Part shown: one piece after another, positions 21,523 through 29,776 of the stretch
How the letters are laid out: the number at the start of each line of letters is the position of its first letter
Position numbering within the stretch: the first letter of the stretch is position 1
Source of the DNA: Halomicronema hongdechloris C2206
GTDB taxonomy: Bacteria > Cyanobacteriota > Cyanobacteriia > Phormidesmidales > Phormidesmidaceae
Length of the DNA: 32,000 bases
Assembly: GCF_002075285.3 (NCBI RefSeq)
Contig: NZ_CP021983.2
Span: forward strand, 30,001-62,000
Reading direction: 5' to 3'
Position numbers and translations under genes: made by a program
Notes under the pieces: generated by a model
What the model was told of the DNA's origin: nothing
Database searches by the model: none
What the model saw: the letters and a program-made list of their open reading frames with translations, nothing else

Positions 21523-21742
21523 GGTAGTTAGGTGAGATTATCTCAGACCACTACCGTCTCTCGAGGTAGCAGACTTACCGCGAAACCGAATCCCGTCATT
21601 CCGGGCAAGCGCAGCGCGACCCGGAATCCAGGCAGAGTATTCTGAGCCAAAGCCGAGGTTTGTTCCCTGGATTCCCGCCGCCGCGGGAATGACGGTAGTG
21701 GGTCTCTCGGGTAGTTAGGTGAGATTATCTCAGACCACTACC
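21523..21742. mobile_element. composite MITE-like repeat: 33-bp hairpin duplicated around a 103-bp inverted-repeat core
   Basis: ggtagttaggtgagattatctcagaccactacc occurs perfectly at 21523-21555 and 21710-21742. The core at 21593-21695 has arms ccgtcattccgggc...gacccggaatccagg and cctggattcccgc...gcgggaatgacgg, which are mutually inverted and each self-hairpinning. There is no transposase. Confidence 0.6.
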
Positions 21743-22164
21743 TAATCCTGACAGACCTGACAAAGTCCATGGATGGTGATCTCGTAACTCTCGAGACTCA
21801 GATCTGTAGGCACCTGGCTCAAGTCGAGGGCAGGCAGAGCGTCCCAAGCAATATCCTTGATGCAACCACACTGACGGCAACGGAAATGATGATGGGGGTC
21901 TACGTTGGCGTCGTAGCGAGATATCCCTTCCTCTAAGAGTACTTCTCGCACCAGACCCACTTGTCGTAGGGCCTGTAGAGAGCTGTAGACCGTAGCCTGG
22001 GATGAGATCGGCAAGTCCCGATTGAGATCGGTCAGGATCTGCTCCACCGTAGGGTGGTCAGAACGCTGCAGCAGGTTGGCATAGACGGCATAGCGCTGGG
22101 GAGTCACCCGCAGCCCTTGCTGCCGCAATGTTTGGCCAATGGTATCGGTTGCCTGGCTGCCCAT
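21742..22164 (-). CDS. Fur-family metalloregulator (PerR-like by context; Zur not excluded)
   Basis: 140 aa with a winged-helix N-terminal domain (LRVTPQRYAVYANL), the HHHFRC motif and two CxxC pairs (CRQCG, CQVCQ). It is divergent from a type II peroxiredoxin gene and convergent with the ZIP transporter. Confidence 0.8.
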   Translation of the reverse strand: MGSQATDTIGQTLRQQGLRVTPQRYAVYANLLQRSDHPTVEQILTDLNRDLPISSQATVYSSLQALRQVGLVREVLLEEGISRYDANVDPHHHFRCRQCGCIKDIAWDALPALDLSQVPTDLSLESYEITIHGLCQVCQD

Positions 22165-22266
22165 AGGACCTTGTACGTTGAATACTCTACGTTCTCACGA
22201 TCTTACCGTTGTCTTCAATCTCTAGCGGTAGAATTTTAATAATTCAAAAGAGAAAGCGACTCAAAA

Positions 22267-22281
22267 CAGAATTCAATTCTG
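22267..22281. promoter_or_regulatory. perfect 7-1-7 palindrome CAGAATT-C-AATTCTG, candidate Fur-family (PerR) box
   Basis: Read directly in the 199-bp divergent intergenic region. It lies 83 nt upstream of the prx ATG and 103 nt upstream of the regulator ATG. The 7-1-7 AT-rich architecture is typical of Fur, PerR and Zur boxes. Confidence 0.35.
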
Positions 22282-22363
22282 AGACTTGAAGAACTGCCAT
22301 CTAAGAACTATTCTAGATTAAGGGTTATTTGCCCTGCGTACCAGATGTAGGAGGTCATCATCT

Positions 22364-22897
22364 ATGGCTGTCATTGAACGTGTGCCCGACGTTGTCTTTA
22401 AGACCCGAGTTCGCGACGAATCTGTCGGGGGAGACAACCCTTTCCGCTGGGAAGATAGGACCACAGGCGATATCTTTAGCGGTAAGCGTGTCGTCGTCTT
22501 TTCTCTGCCTGGGGCTTTTACGCCAACTTGCTCCTCTAACCACTTGCCCCGCTATGAAGAGCTTTACGATGAAATCAAGGCTCAGGGCATTGATGAGATC
22601 ATCTGTGTTTCGGTCAATGATGCCTTCGTGATGTATCAGTGGGGCAAGCAGCAAGGAGTTCAGAAGGTCTTCCTGCTGCCCGATGGCAACGGCGAGTTCA
22701 CCCGGAAGATGGGCATGTTGGTTGAAAAGTCCAACCTGGGCTTTGGTATGCGCTCTTGGCGCTACTCCATGGTGGTCAATGACGGTCAAATCGAGAAAAT
22801 CTTCGTTGAGCCCCACTATGGCGATAATTGCCCCACCGATCCCTACGAAGTATCTGATGCCGACACCATGCTGGCTTACCTGAAAGGCGCTAAGTAG
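22364..22897 (+). CDS. type II (Prx5-like) peroxiredoxin
   Basis: [22 protein letters not shown]...[19 protein letters not shown] contains the peroxidatic-Cys motif [14 protein letters not shown] Shine-Dalgarno sequence precedes ATG 22364. Confidence 0.9.
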   Translation: MAVIERVPDVVFKTRVRDESVGGDNPFRWEDRTTGDIFSGKRVVVFSLPGAFTPTCSSNHLPRYEELYDEIKAQGIDEIICVSVNDAFVMYQWGKQQGVQKVFLLPDGNGEFTRKMGMLVEKSNLGFGMRSWRYSMVVNDGQIEKIFVEPHYGDNCPTDPYEVSDADTMLAYLKGAK

Positions 22898-23128
22898 TGT
22901 AGTTAGAATCTGCCTTTGACAGGACATTCGGTTCTACAGCCATAGGCTGAGCTGGCGGAGACGTTGAGCCTTGCCTGGGTCCAGCTATGGGCATCACTGG
23001 GAGAGCCTTAGAATCCCGAGTTGGACTCGGCATGGCTACGGGCAGCAGACGTCTAGCGGGGGCAGGGGCGTCCCTAATTTCCCCGCTAGACTGAAGATAA
23101 ATAGGCAGCACTAAGCGCAGGGGACGGT

Positions 23129-24481
23129 ATGGCCTACGATTTTGATCTATTCGTGATTGGTGGCGGTTCAGGGGGCATTGCCGCCGCTCGCCGAGCTACG
23201 GAGTACGGTGCGACAGTAGGAATTGCCGAAGCGGGACGTTTGGGGGGGACTTGCGTCAATCGCGGCTGCGTTCCCAAGAAGTTGATGGTCTATGCCTCTC
23301 GGTTTCCGGAATCGTTTGAGGCAGCCACTGGCTATGGCTGGAGTGCAGTCGATAGTACCTTAGATTGGTCTACCTTGATTAAGGTGGTCAATGACGAAGT
23401 CACCCGCCTCAATGGCATTTACCAACGCATGTTAGACAAGGCTGGCGTCCAGCTTTTCCGGGCCTATGCTCGCTTTGTGGATGACCATACCCTCATGGTT
23501 GGCGAACAGAAGGTCACGGCCGATAAGATTTTGGTGGCGGTTGGGGGGCAGCCGATTAAGCCAGATATTCCGGGTATAGACCATGCCATTACCTCTGACG
23601 ATGTTTTCCATTTGCCCCAGCAACCGCAGCATCTAGTGGTGCTAGGGGGTGGTTATATTGGTTGTGAGTTTGCCAGTGTCTTCCATCGGTTGGGCTCTCA
23701 GGTAACGCAGGTGATTCGGGCCGATAAGATTTTGCGGGGCTTTGATGATGAGTTGCGGGAGCAAGTTCAGGGAGATTTGATTCAGCAGGGTGTGCGGCTC
23801 CTGACTGAGAGCAAGATTCTGAGCATTACCAAGACCGAAGCTGGGGTCGATGTCTGCGTCCGCACCCAGGCAGGAGAAGAGCATGTTTTGGCCGATGCAG
23901 TGAATCTAGCCGCTACAGGACGACGTCCTAATTTAGAGAATCTAGGACTGGAAAATACTGCTGTTAAGGTCAACCAGGGTGCGATCGCAACCGATGCCCA
24001 TAGCTGCACCGCCGCCGATAATATTTTTGCCATTGGTGACTGTACCGATCGGATTAACCTCACCCCAGTCGCCATCAAGGAAGGCCGCATTTTTGCCGAC
24101 GCTTATTTTGGTGGTAAGCCCGGCACCATGAACTACACCAACGTGCCCTCCGCCGTCTTCACCACCCCCGAACTGGGCACCGTTGGGCTCACTGAAGCCG
24201 AAGCCATCGCCCAGTATGGTGCCGATGACATCACCGTCTACCGCACTCGCTTTCGGCCCATGGTCTATACCCTGCCGGATATGCCAGTGAAAACACTGAT
24301 GAAGCTGGTGGTGCAAACCTCTACGGACAAGGTTTTAGGAGCCCATATGGTAGGGGACGACGCCGCCGAAATCATCCAGGGAGTGGCTATTGCGGTGAAA
24401 ATGGGCGCCACCAAGGCCGACTTCGATGCTACCGTGGCTATTCATCCCACCTCCGCCGAAGAATTCGTCACCCTGCGATAG
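23129..24481 (+). CDS. gor: glutathione-disulfide reductase
   Basis: FAD motif GGGSGG, redox-active disulfide GGTCVNRGCVPKK, NADPH fold GGGYIGCEFA, and the C-terminal HPTSAEE interface motif. Confidence 0.9.
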   Translation: MAYDFDLFVIGGGSGGIAAARRATEYGATVGIAEAGRLGGTCVNRGCVPKKLMVYASRFPESFEAATGYGWSAVDSTLDWSTLIKVVNDEVTRLNGIYQRMLDKAGVQLFRAYARFVDDHTLMVGEQKVTADKILVAVGGQPIKPDIPGIDHAITSDDVFHLPQQPQHLVVLGGGYIGCEFASVFHRLGSQVTQVIRADKILRGFDDELREQVQGDLIQQGVRLLTESKILSITKTEAGVDVCVRTQAGEEHVLADAVNLAATGRRPNLENLGLENTAVKVNQGAIATDAHSCTAADNIFAIGDCTDRINLTPVAIKEGRIFADAYFGGKPGTMNYTNVPSAVFTTPELGTVGLTEAEAIAQYGADDITVYRTRFRPMVYTLPDMPVKTLMKLVVQTSTDKVLGAHMVGDDAAEIIQGVAIAVKMGATKADFDATVAIHPTSAEEFVTLR

Positions 24482-24522
24482 GCCTGCTAACCCCTACAAC
24501 CCTAATTTTCCTAATTTTCCTG

Positions 24523-24551
24523 TGGGGACGCGGTATATCCTCGTGTCCCCA
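24523..24551 (+). terminator. possible gor terminator hairpin
   Basis: TGGGGACGCG...CGTGTCCCCA gives a 7 bp perfect stem, extended by CG and GU pairs, with a 7-nt loop. The trailing T-tract is weak (ttagtt). Confidence 0.35.
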
Positions 24552-24638
24552 TTAGTTGGGCTGGGGTATAGGCAATTTTCGGAGTGCTCGAACCTGACTC
24601 TAGTGATAGTGCTACATCTTCATATCTAAAGATAAGTG

Positions 24639-24654
24639 GCGCTATATATTGGTG
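24639..24654. promoter_or_regulatory. candidate NrdR box upstream of nrdJ
   Basis: The core of ggcgCTATATATTGgtg fits the NrdR consensus core CwAtATaTwG, as I remember it, at all 10 positions. It lies about 100 nt upstream of ATG 24756. The expected second box is only weak (CTACATCTTC at 24612-24621). Confidence 0.3.
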
Positions 24655-24755
24655 ATCCCAGGTATCCAATATCAGGTATCATAGTCCTTCATTGCAAATT
24701 GCAAATATGCAAGCAAGCAGAGTTTCCCCTGTCCATCGGCAATAAGGCTATCTTC

Positions 24756-27700
24756 ATGGTTCAAGAACGCCCTCGCATCCGGCAAAGTGGTCCCTTTCCC
24801 GACAATGCCCCCACGGCATTGCCCGTGTTCTATCGCACCTACAGCCGTCGTGATGCCAATGGTCCAGGGCAACGGGAAACCTGGGAACAGGTATGCGATC
24901 GCACCTTAGCCGGCCTCATGGAACTAGGGCAGTTCACTGTTGCCGAGCGCGAGCTGCTGCAGCGGATGCAGCAGACTCTCAAAGCCCTACCCTCAGGGCG
25001 TTGGCTCTGGGTTGGAGGCACTGCCTGGAGCAAACAACCCGAGAATTTCTCCGGCGCCTACAACTGCACTAGCACCAACGTCGTCGATTGGCGCGCCTTC
25101 GGCCTGATGATGGACTTGGCCATGATGGGTTGTGGCACCGGGGCCGTCCTAGAGTCTAAATACATCAATCAGTTACCAGCCATCCGCAACCGCTTGCAGG
25201 TCACCGCCCCCGACACCATCGGCACCACCCCACCGGAGCAGCGACGCGACAGCACCGACATTGCCATCGACGGCAACCAGGTCACCATTCACGTCGGCGA
25301 TAGCCGTCAGGGTTGGGTGCTCTCCTACCAAACCTTGTTAGAACTCTCCAGCGATCCTCGCTTCACGGGAGATGTCTACATCACCGTCGATCTCAGCGAT
25401 GTGCGCCCCGCCGGCGAAAAGCTCAAGGGCTTCGGCGGCGTCGCCAACCCCATTCGCCTGCCCAAACTCTACGAGCGCTGCGCCAAGATCCTCAATCAAG
25501 CCCGAGGGCGACAGCTCAACTCCGTCGAATGCTGTCTTCTAATCGACGAAGCCGCCGCCTGCGTCGTCGCCGGTAATATTCGGCGCTGTCTACCAGAAGA
25601 TGCCCTCGTGCATACGGCTCAAGGCTTAGTTCCCATTCAGGCAATCCAAGTCGGCGATTTAGTCCAAACACCGTTAGGCTTTCGCCGAGTCGTCAATACC
25701 TTCTACCAGGGCCTCCAGGAAGTCTACGAAATTGAGACCAACGCCACCTTGCCTCGGGCCACTCTCAATCACCGCCAGGCCGTCCTGGCCAGTGCAGACG
25801 GCGCCGTCGACTGGAAACGCTTGAGTGACCTTGCCCCTGGCAATCGCCTGCTCCATACCACCAATGTACTTCCCGGCACCCTGACACAGTTACCTCAAGA
25901 CTTTACCGAGCAACGTCCCGATCAAAGCCGCAATGCTAAGTCCCTCACCATTCCACTATTGACTCCGGAAGTAGCCTGGCTGATTGGCTATACTCACGGG
26001 GATGGGTACGTAGCCTTAGGCCGCAACCAGTACGGTAAGCCCTATGGTCAGGTGGAATGGGCCATGAATGGGAACGTGCCTCCGCAGGTAGAGAGGCTGC
26101 GCCAGAAGCTAGATGCGGCCCTGGCTCACTTCGGCCTCAGGGCATCCCATGGCACCGTTGACGGGGAGAACACCGCCAAATCCATCTGCTCGTCGATTCG
26201 CTTAGCCGAGTACTTCCATCGCTATGTGAAGCAACCCCGTCAGTCCCTAGAGGTGCCGCCATTTATCTTGCAGGGTATGGTCGATATTCGGGCAGCCTAT
26301 CTCGCCGGTTTGATGGATAGCGATGGTGCCGCTAACAACCGTCCGCCCCATTTGTTGACGACCGTATATCCGAAATTTGCTCGGCAGGTTGGTGCGCTAT
26401 TGTCCAGTCTAGGCATTGCTGGACGCTTAACATTAGTCCGCCCCCATGAACCCACCTGGCAGGTGAAGTATAACCTGACCCTACCCGCCTTAAAAGGCCG
26501 TTATAACGATCTAATTGCCCCCCACTCGGTCAAAGGAGCACTGCGTCAGGGGCTCAAGATGTATGGGTTTACGCTGCCAGGGGCTATGATGTGGCAGACC
26601 TATACCTACAGCCAAATGAGGGAAATGGGCTTTCAGGGTAATCGCACCGTAGATGCTAACTACGAGCGATATATCACTAAAGCTGAGGTTGACCTAGACA
26701 TTCCCATTACGGTGAAGGGATTAGGCAGTTATGATGTTGTGCCAACCTACGATATCGAGGTGGAAGAGGCCCATTGCTTCTACTGTGATGGCTACCTAAC
26801 CCACAACAGCGCCGGCATGCGTCAATTTGCCAGCGACGACGAACTGGCTGCCACCGCCAAAGATAACCTCTGGCAGCAAGACGCCAACGGCAACTGGCGC
26901 ATTGACCCGGAACGAGATGTGTTGCGTATGGCTAATCACACCCGGGTGTTCCACCGCAAGCCCACCCTGGAAGAATGCACCAATGCCGTGCGCAAGCAAT
27001 TTTATTCCGGGGAAGGGGCGATCCAGTGGGCCGGGGAAGCCGAACGCCGGGCCCAGGGGGAAGGACGTTATGGTCTGAATCCCTGTGGCGAAATCGTTGG
27101 CCAGGATTTTCACTGCGTCTCTGGGGATACCCTACTGATTACGCGAGACGGACTGCATCCCATCGGTTCCCTTGTAGGCCAATCTGTGGAAATCTGGAAC
27201 GGTCGACGTTGGAGCCGAGTGCAACCCCTCCAGACCGGACGTGATCGCCAACTCTACCGGGTGTCCTTTGGTGATGGCACCTGGCTAGATGTCACCGACC
27301 AGCATCGCTTCTTTGTCAAAGATCGTTTCGGCAAAACCTACACCGAAATGACCACTGCAGAACTCCGAGAGTCCCTGGCTCACGGGAAATATGCTCTCCA
27401 TACCGAGCCATTTACCATCGACTATCAAGAGGGACAGTTCGTAGATCCTGTCTGGGCTTACACCCTGGGGCAACTAGTGGGAGATGGTTCTCTCTGTCAG
27501 TCCAACAGTCGGCCCCAATTGCAACTGCGACTCTATGGCGAAAAAAGCTATCGTAGCCTTGCTTTAGCCGGGCGCACTTCCGGGAAAGTGCGCTACTATG
27601 CAGAGAATCCAGAAACCCCTTGCTTGCTCTACGCTGGTTCTCATCATGATTTTGATCCGGCCCAGGTGCGCCAACTGAAGTATGATCCCTCAGCCCTAGA

Positions 27701-29168
27701 GGCCATAGCTCAGTGGAACCGTGACGCGATTCTGCACTTTGTTGCCGGCCTGATTGATGCCGATGGCTCCGCCACTGGCACTGGTGGCGTGCGACTCTAT
27801 CTATCTGACTACGATCGCGCCTACCGAGTGTATTTACTCTTGTTGAAGTGCGGGATTCGCTCCTCGATTAATTTAATGGCGAAGGCGGGGGAGCAGACTA
27901 ACTTAGGGCAACGCCTGCACGATCTTTGGTATCTGCAAATCACTGATTGTCAAGCAATCCCCTGTCAACGAGTGGATACTACCAACGGTCATGCCCCGAA
28001 AACTAAGGGGAAATGGCAGGTGATTCGCTCCGTTGAACCGTTGGCGAGTCATCACGATACCTTCTGCTTCAATGAGCCGGAGCTCCATAAGGGTGTATTC
28101 GGCGGCACCCTAACGGGGCAATGCAACCTGGCTGAAATTCACCTGAACCAGCTCGATCCCGAGAATGCCAACGAGCAGGAAGAGGCCTTCACAGCTGGCG
28201 CGTTAGCGGTAGCCGCCCTGCTCAATCATCAATTTGTCGAGCCCCGCTACCAGAAGTCTCGCCTGGAGGATCCCATCGTTGGGGTTTCCTTCACCGGGCT
28301 GTTTGACTTCTTCGTCCATGCCTTCGGGATCGATTGGCTGCGCTGGTGGCAGGCGGGCCGCCCCGACACCATCCAGGGCCTGGACTTCAAAGAGCAAGAA
28401 GCCAGTTACCTACGCCGCTGGAAAGATATCGTCCACCAGACCGTCTGGGACTATTGCGATCGCCATGGACTGACGCGACCGAACCGGTGTACCACGGTGC
28501 AACCTGCCGGTACCAAATCCTTGCTCACAGGCGCCAGCCCCGGCTGGCATCCCCCCAAAGCCCAACGGTTTATCCGCCGCATTACCTTCCGCAAAAATGA
28601 TCCCGTGGCCATGGCTTGTATTGACTACGGCTACGCCGTGGTGCCCTCCCAATCTGACAAGGATGAGCAGGGCAACTTACTCAATGATCCCTTCGATCCC
28701 CGCTGTACAGAATGGTTAGTGGAGCTACCCGTGGCAGTTTCCTGGGCGGATCTGCCAGGAGCCGATGAAATTGCCATTGAGCAGTTTTCGGCCTTGGCTC
28801 AGTTTGACTTCTACATGCAAGTGCAAAAGCACTACACTACTCACAACACTTCAGCCACCATCGAACTGCGGGAGCCCGAAATCGAGCCCCTCAGTCAGCG
28901 GATCCACGCAGCCATCAACCAAGATGAAGGCTATATTTCAGCGGCCCTGCTGGCCCGTTTTGACAACCTGCAAACCTTCCCCCGGCTTCCCTTTGAGCCC
29001 ATCGGCAAAGTAGCTTACGATCGGCTAGTGGCAGATGTCCTGGCTCGCCGTGCCACCGACGATTTTTACCAGGCCCTAGCCCGCTATGATGCTGGTGACC
29101 TCTTTGAAGCCGGACCCGCAGGCTGTGACTCCGACAAGTGTATGCTGCCGGAAGAGAAGCCATCTTGA
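24756..29168 (+). CDS. nrdJ: class II (adenosylcobalamin-dependent) ribonucleotide reductase, RTPR-like, precursor with two inteins
   Basis: Exteins carry VFYRTYSRR, GFGGVANP, VVAGNIRR/SAGM, the thiyl-loop NPCGEI, CNLAEI, TVQPAGTKS and the C-terminal Cys pair GCDSDKC. The precursor is 1470 aa from ATG 24756. Removing 407 and 336 aa leaves 727 aa. The track's extra 40 N-terminal codons start at a non-ATG codon and look like 5' UTR. Confidence 0.92.
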   Translation: MVQERPRIRQSGPFPDNAPTALPVFYRTYSRRDANGPGQRETWEQVCDRTLAGLMELGQFTVAERELLQRMQQTLKALPSGRWLWVGGTAWSKQPENFSGAYNCTSTNVVDWRAFGLMMDLAMMGCGTGAVLESKYINQLPAIRNRLQVTAPDTIGTTPPEQRRDSTDIAIDGNQVTIHVGDSRQGWVLSYQTLLELSSDPRFTGDVYITVDLSDVRPAGEKLKGFGGVANPIRLPKLYERCAKILNQARGRQLNSVECCLLIDEAAACVVAGNIRRCLPEDALVHTAQGLVPIQAIQVGDLVQTPLGFRRVVNTFYQGLQEVYEIETNATLPRATLNHRQAVLASADGAVDWKRLSDLAPGNRLLHTTNVLPGTLTQLPQDFTEQRPDQSRNAKSLTIPLLTPEVAWLIGYTHGDGYVALGRNQYGKPYGQVEWAMNGNVPPQVERLRQKLDAALAHFGLRASHGTVDGENTAKSICSSIRLAEYFHRYVKQPRQSLEVPPFILQGMVDIRAAYLAGLMDSDGAANNRPPHLLTTVYPKFARQVGALLSSLGIAGRLTLVRPHEPTWQVKYNLTLPALKGRYNDLIAPHSVKGALRQGLKMYGFTLPGAMMWQTYTYSQMREMGFQGNRTVDANYERYITKAEVDLDIPITVKGLGSYDVVPTYDIEVEEAHCFYCDGYLTHNSAGMRQFASDDELAATAKDNLWQQDANGNWRIDPERDVLRMANHTRVFHRKPTLEECTNAVRKQFYSGEGAIQWAGEAERRAQGEGRYGLNPCGEIVGQDFHCVSGDTLLITRDGLHPIGSLVGQSVEIWNGRRWSRVQPLQTGRDRQLYRVSFGDGTWLDVTDQHRFFVKDRFGKTYTEMTTAELRESLAHGKYALHTEPFTIDYQEGQFVDPVWAYTLGQLVGDGSLCQSNSRPQLQLRLYGEKSYRSLALAGRTSGKVRYYAENPETPCLLYAGSHHDFDPAQVRQLKYDPSALEAIAQWNRDAILHFVAGLIDADGSATGTGGVRLYLSDYDRAYRVYLLLLKCGIRSSINLMAKAGEQTNLGQRLHDLWYLQITDCQAIPCQRVDTTNGHAPKTKGKWQVIRSVEPLASHHDTFCFNEPELHKGVFGGTLTGQCNLAEIHLNQLDPENANEQEEAFTAGALAVAALLNHQFVEPRYQKSRLEDPIVGVSFTGLFDFFVHAFGIDWLRWWQAGRPDTIQGLDFKEQEASYLRRWKDIVHQTVWDYCDRHGLTRPNRCTTVQPAGTKSLLTGASPGWHPPKAQRFIRRITFRKNDPVAMACIDYGYAVVPSQSDKDEQGNLLNDPFDPRCTEWLVELPVAVSWADLPGADEIAIEQFSALAQFDFYMQVQKHYTTHNTSATIELREPEIEPLSQRIHAAINQDEGYISAALLARFDNLQTFPRLPFEPIGKVAYDRLVADVLARRATDDFYQALARYDAGDLFEAGPAGCDSDKCMLPEEKPS
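25587..26807 (+). mobile_element. intein 1 in NrdJ (407 aa) with LAGLIDADG homing endonuclease domain
   Basis: The junctions are NIRR|CLPEDALV ... YCDGYLTHN|SAGM. Block B is TLNH. The LAGLIDADG motifs are LIGYTHGDGYV and LAGLMDSDGAA. It has the canonical HN end and a +1 Ser. Confidence 0.88.
27114..28121 (+). mobile_element. intein 2 in NrdJ (336 aa) with LAGLIDADG homing endonuclease domain and non-canonical Gly-Gln C-terminus
   Basis: The junctions are GQDFH|CVSGDTLLIT ... GVFGGTLTGQ|CNLAEI. Block B is TDQH. The LAGLIDADG motifs are LGQLVGDGSL and VAGLIDADGSA. Splicing would restore NPCGEIVGQDFHCNLAEI. Confidence 0.85.
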
Positions 29169-29407
29169 GAAAATCGGCTACGCCTTAACTACAAAAGGGG
29201 GGACCTCCGGCTAGCATTACTGCCAATTGCAGGCCTTATGGGCAGTGAGTATGCTATCTACGCTATCAATCGCTCTCTTCATCCTCGAGGAGCCAAATAG
29301 TGGTGGGTAATCTCAGCGCTAATTGGAACCGTTGACAGAGCATTCACGTTAGGATCGACAAGTAATCCAGTGATTCTAATGAATTGGCTCATCGTGTCGT
29401 AGCCGGC

Positions 29408-29668
29408 ATGACAATAAACGCAAAATTCAGCGAAGAGGGTAAGGCCATGTTTTTAGATGAGTTAACGCCCCTAGTAAAAGAGCTGACTCGCCAGCCAGTC
29501 GCCTTCCTAGGTGGCGTCGCATCAGGGCTGCTACGCTTAAATCTCAACGAAGAACCAGTTAAAAGTTGGCTAGCTCAACAGACAGGGAGCTCAGGTACAC
29601 CATCATCAGCCTCGGATAAGTCCAGTGACCACAATGGCAGCGGTCCTCAGAAAATATCAATCGAGTAA
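29408..29668 (+). CDS. hypothetical protein
   Basis: Track ORF whose start is a TTG at 29384. In-frame ATGs occur at 29408 and 29447, the latter after a purine-rich stretch. It has a Ser/Gly-rich C-terminus. I recognise no family. Confidence 0.4.
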   Translation: MTINAKFSEEGKAMFLDELTPLVKELTRQPVAFLGGVASGLLRLNLNEEPVKSWLAQQTGSSGTPSSASDKSSDHNGSGPQKISIE

Positions 29669-29776
29669 TAGTAGGTCGCCCTCGGTAGCCTAGATCGCTT
29701 GAATGCAGCAGGAAACTTGAGATTCTGATGACCTAAAGCCCCTATTACGGCGTTTTCTCGGCCTCAGACCAATTTT

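Noticed and set aside
22358-22927. A 189-aa minus-strand ORF fully antisense to the peroxiredoxin gene.
   Set aside because: The plus-strand frame has unmistakable Prx motifs. The antisense ORF has no motifs and is a typical shadow ORF.
22890-23111. A 73-aa minus-strand ORF in the prx-gor spacer.
   Set aside because: It is Pro, Ala and Ser rich and has no motif. It spans the strong hairpin and lies between two co-directional plus-strand genes.
24501-24520. cctaatttt tandem duplication after gor, with ccctaattt also in the hairpin loop upstream of gor (23072-23080).
   Set aside because: It is a short, low-complexity match. I judged it likely coincidental, with no supporting structure.
24636-24755. 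A 40-codon N-terminal extension of the nrdJ track ORF (MALYIGDPRYPISG...).
   Set aside because: It starts at a non-ATG codon and runs through AT-rich, repeat-containing leader sequence. The conserved RTPR N-terminus begins after ATG 24756.
24482-24755. A cobalamin riboswitch upstream of the B12-dependent nrdJ.
   Set aside because: I could find no B12-box-like sequence or multi-stem GC-rich architecture. The region is AT-rich with simple repeats.
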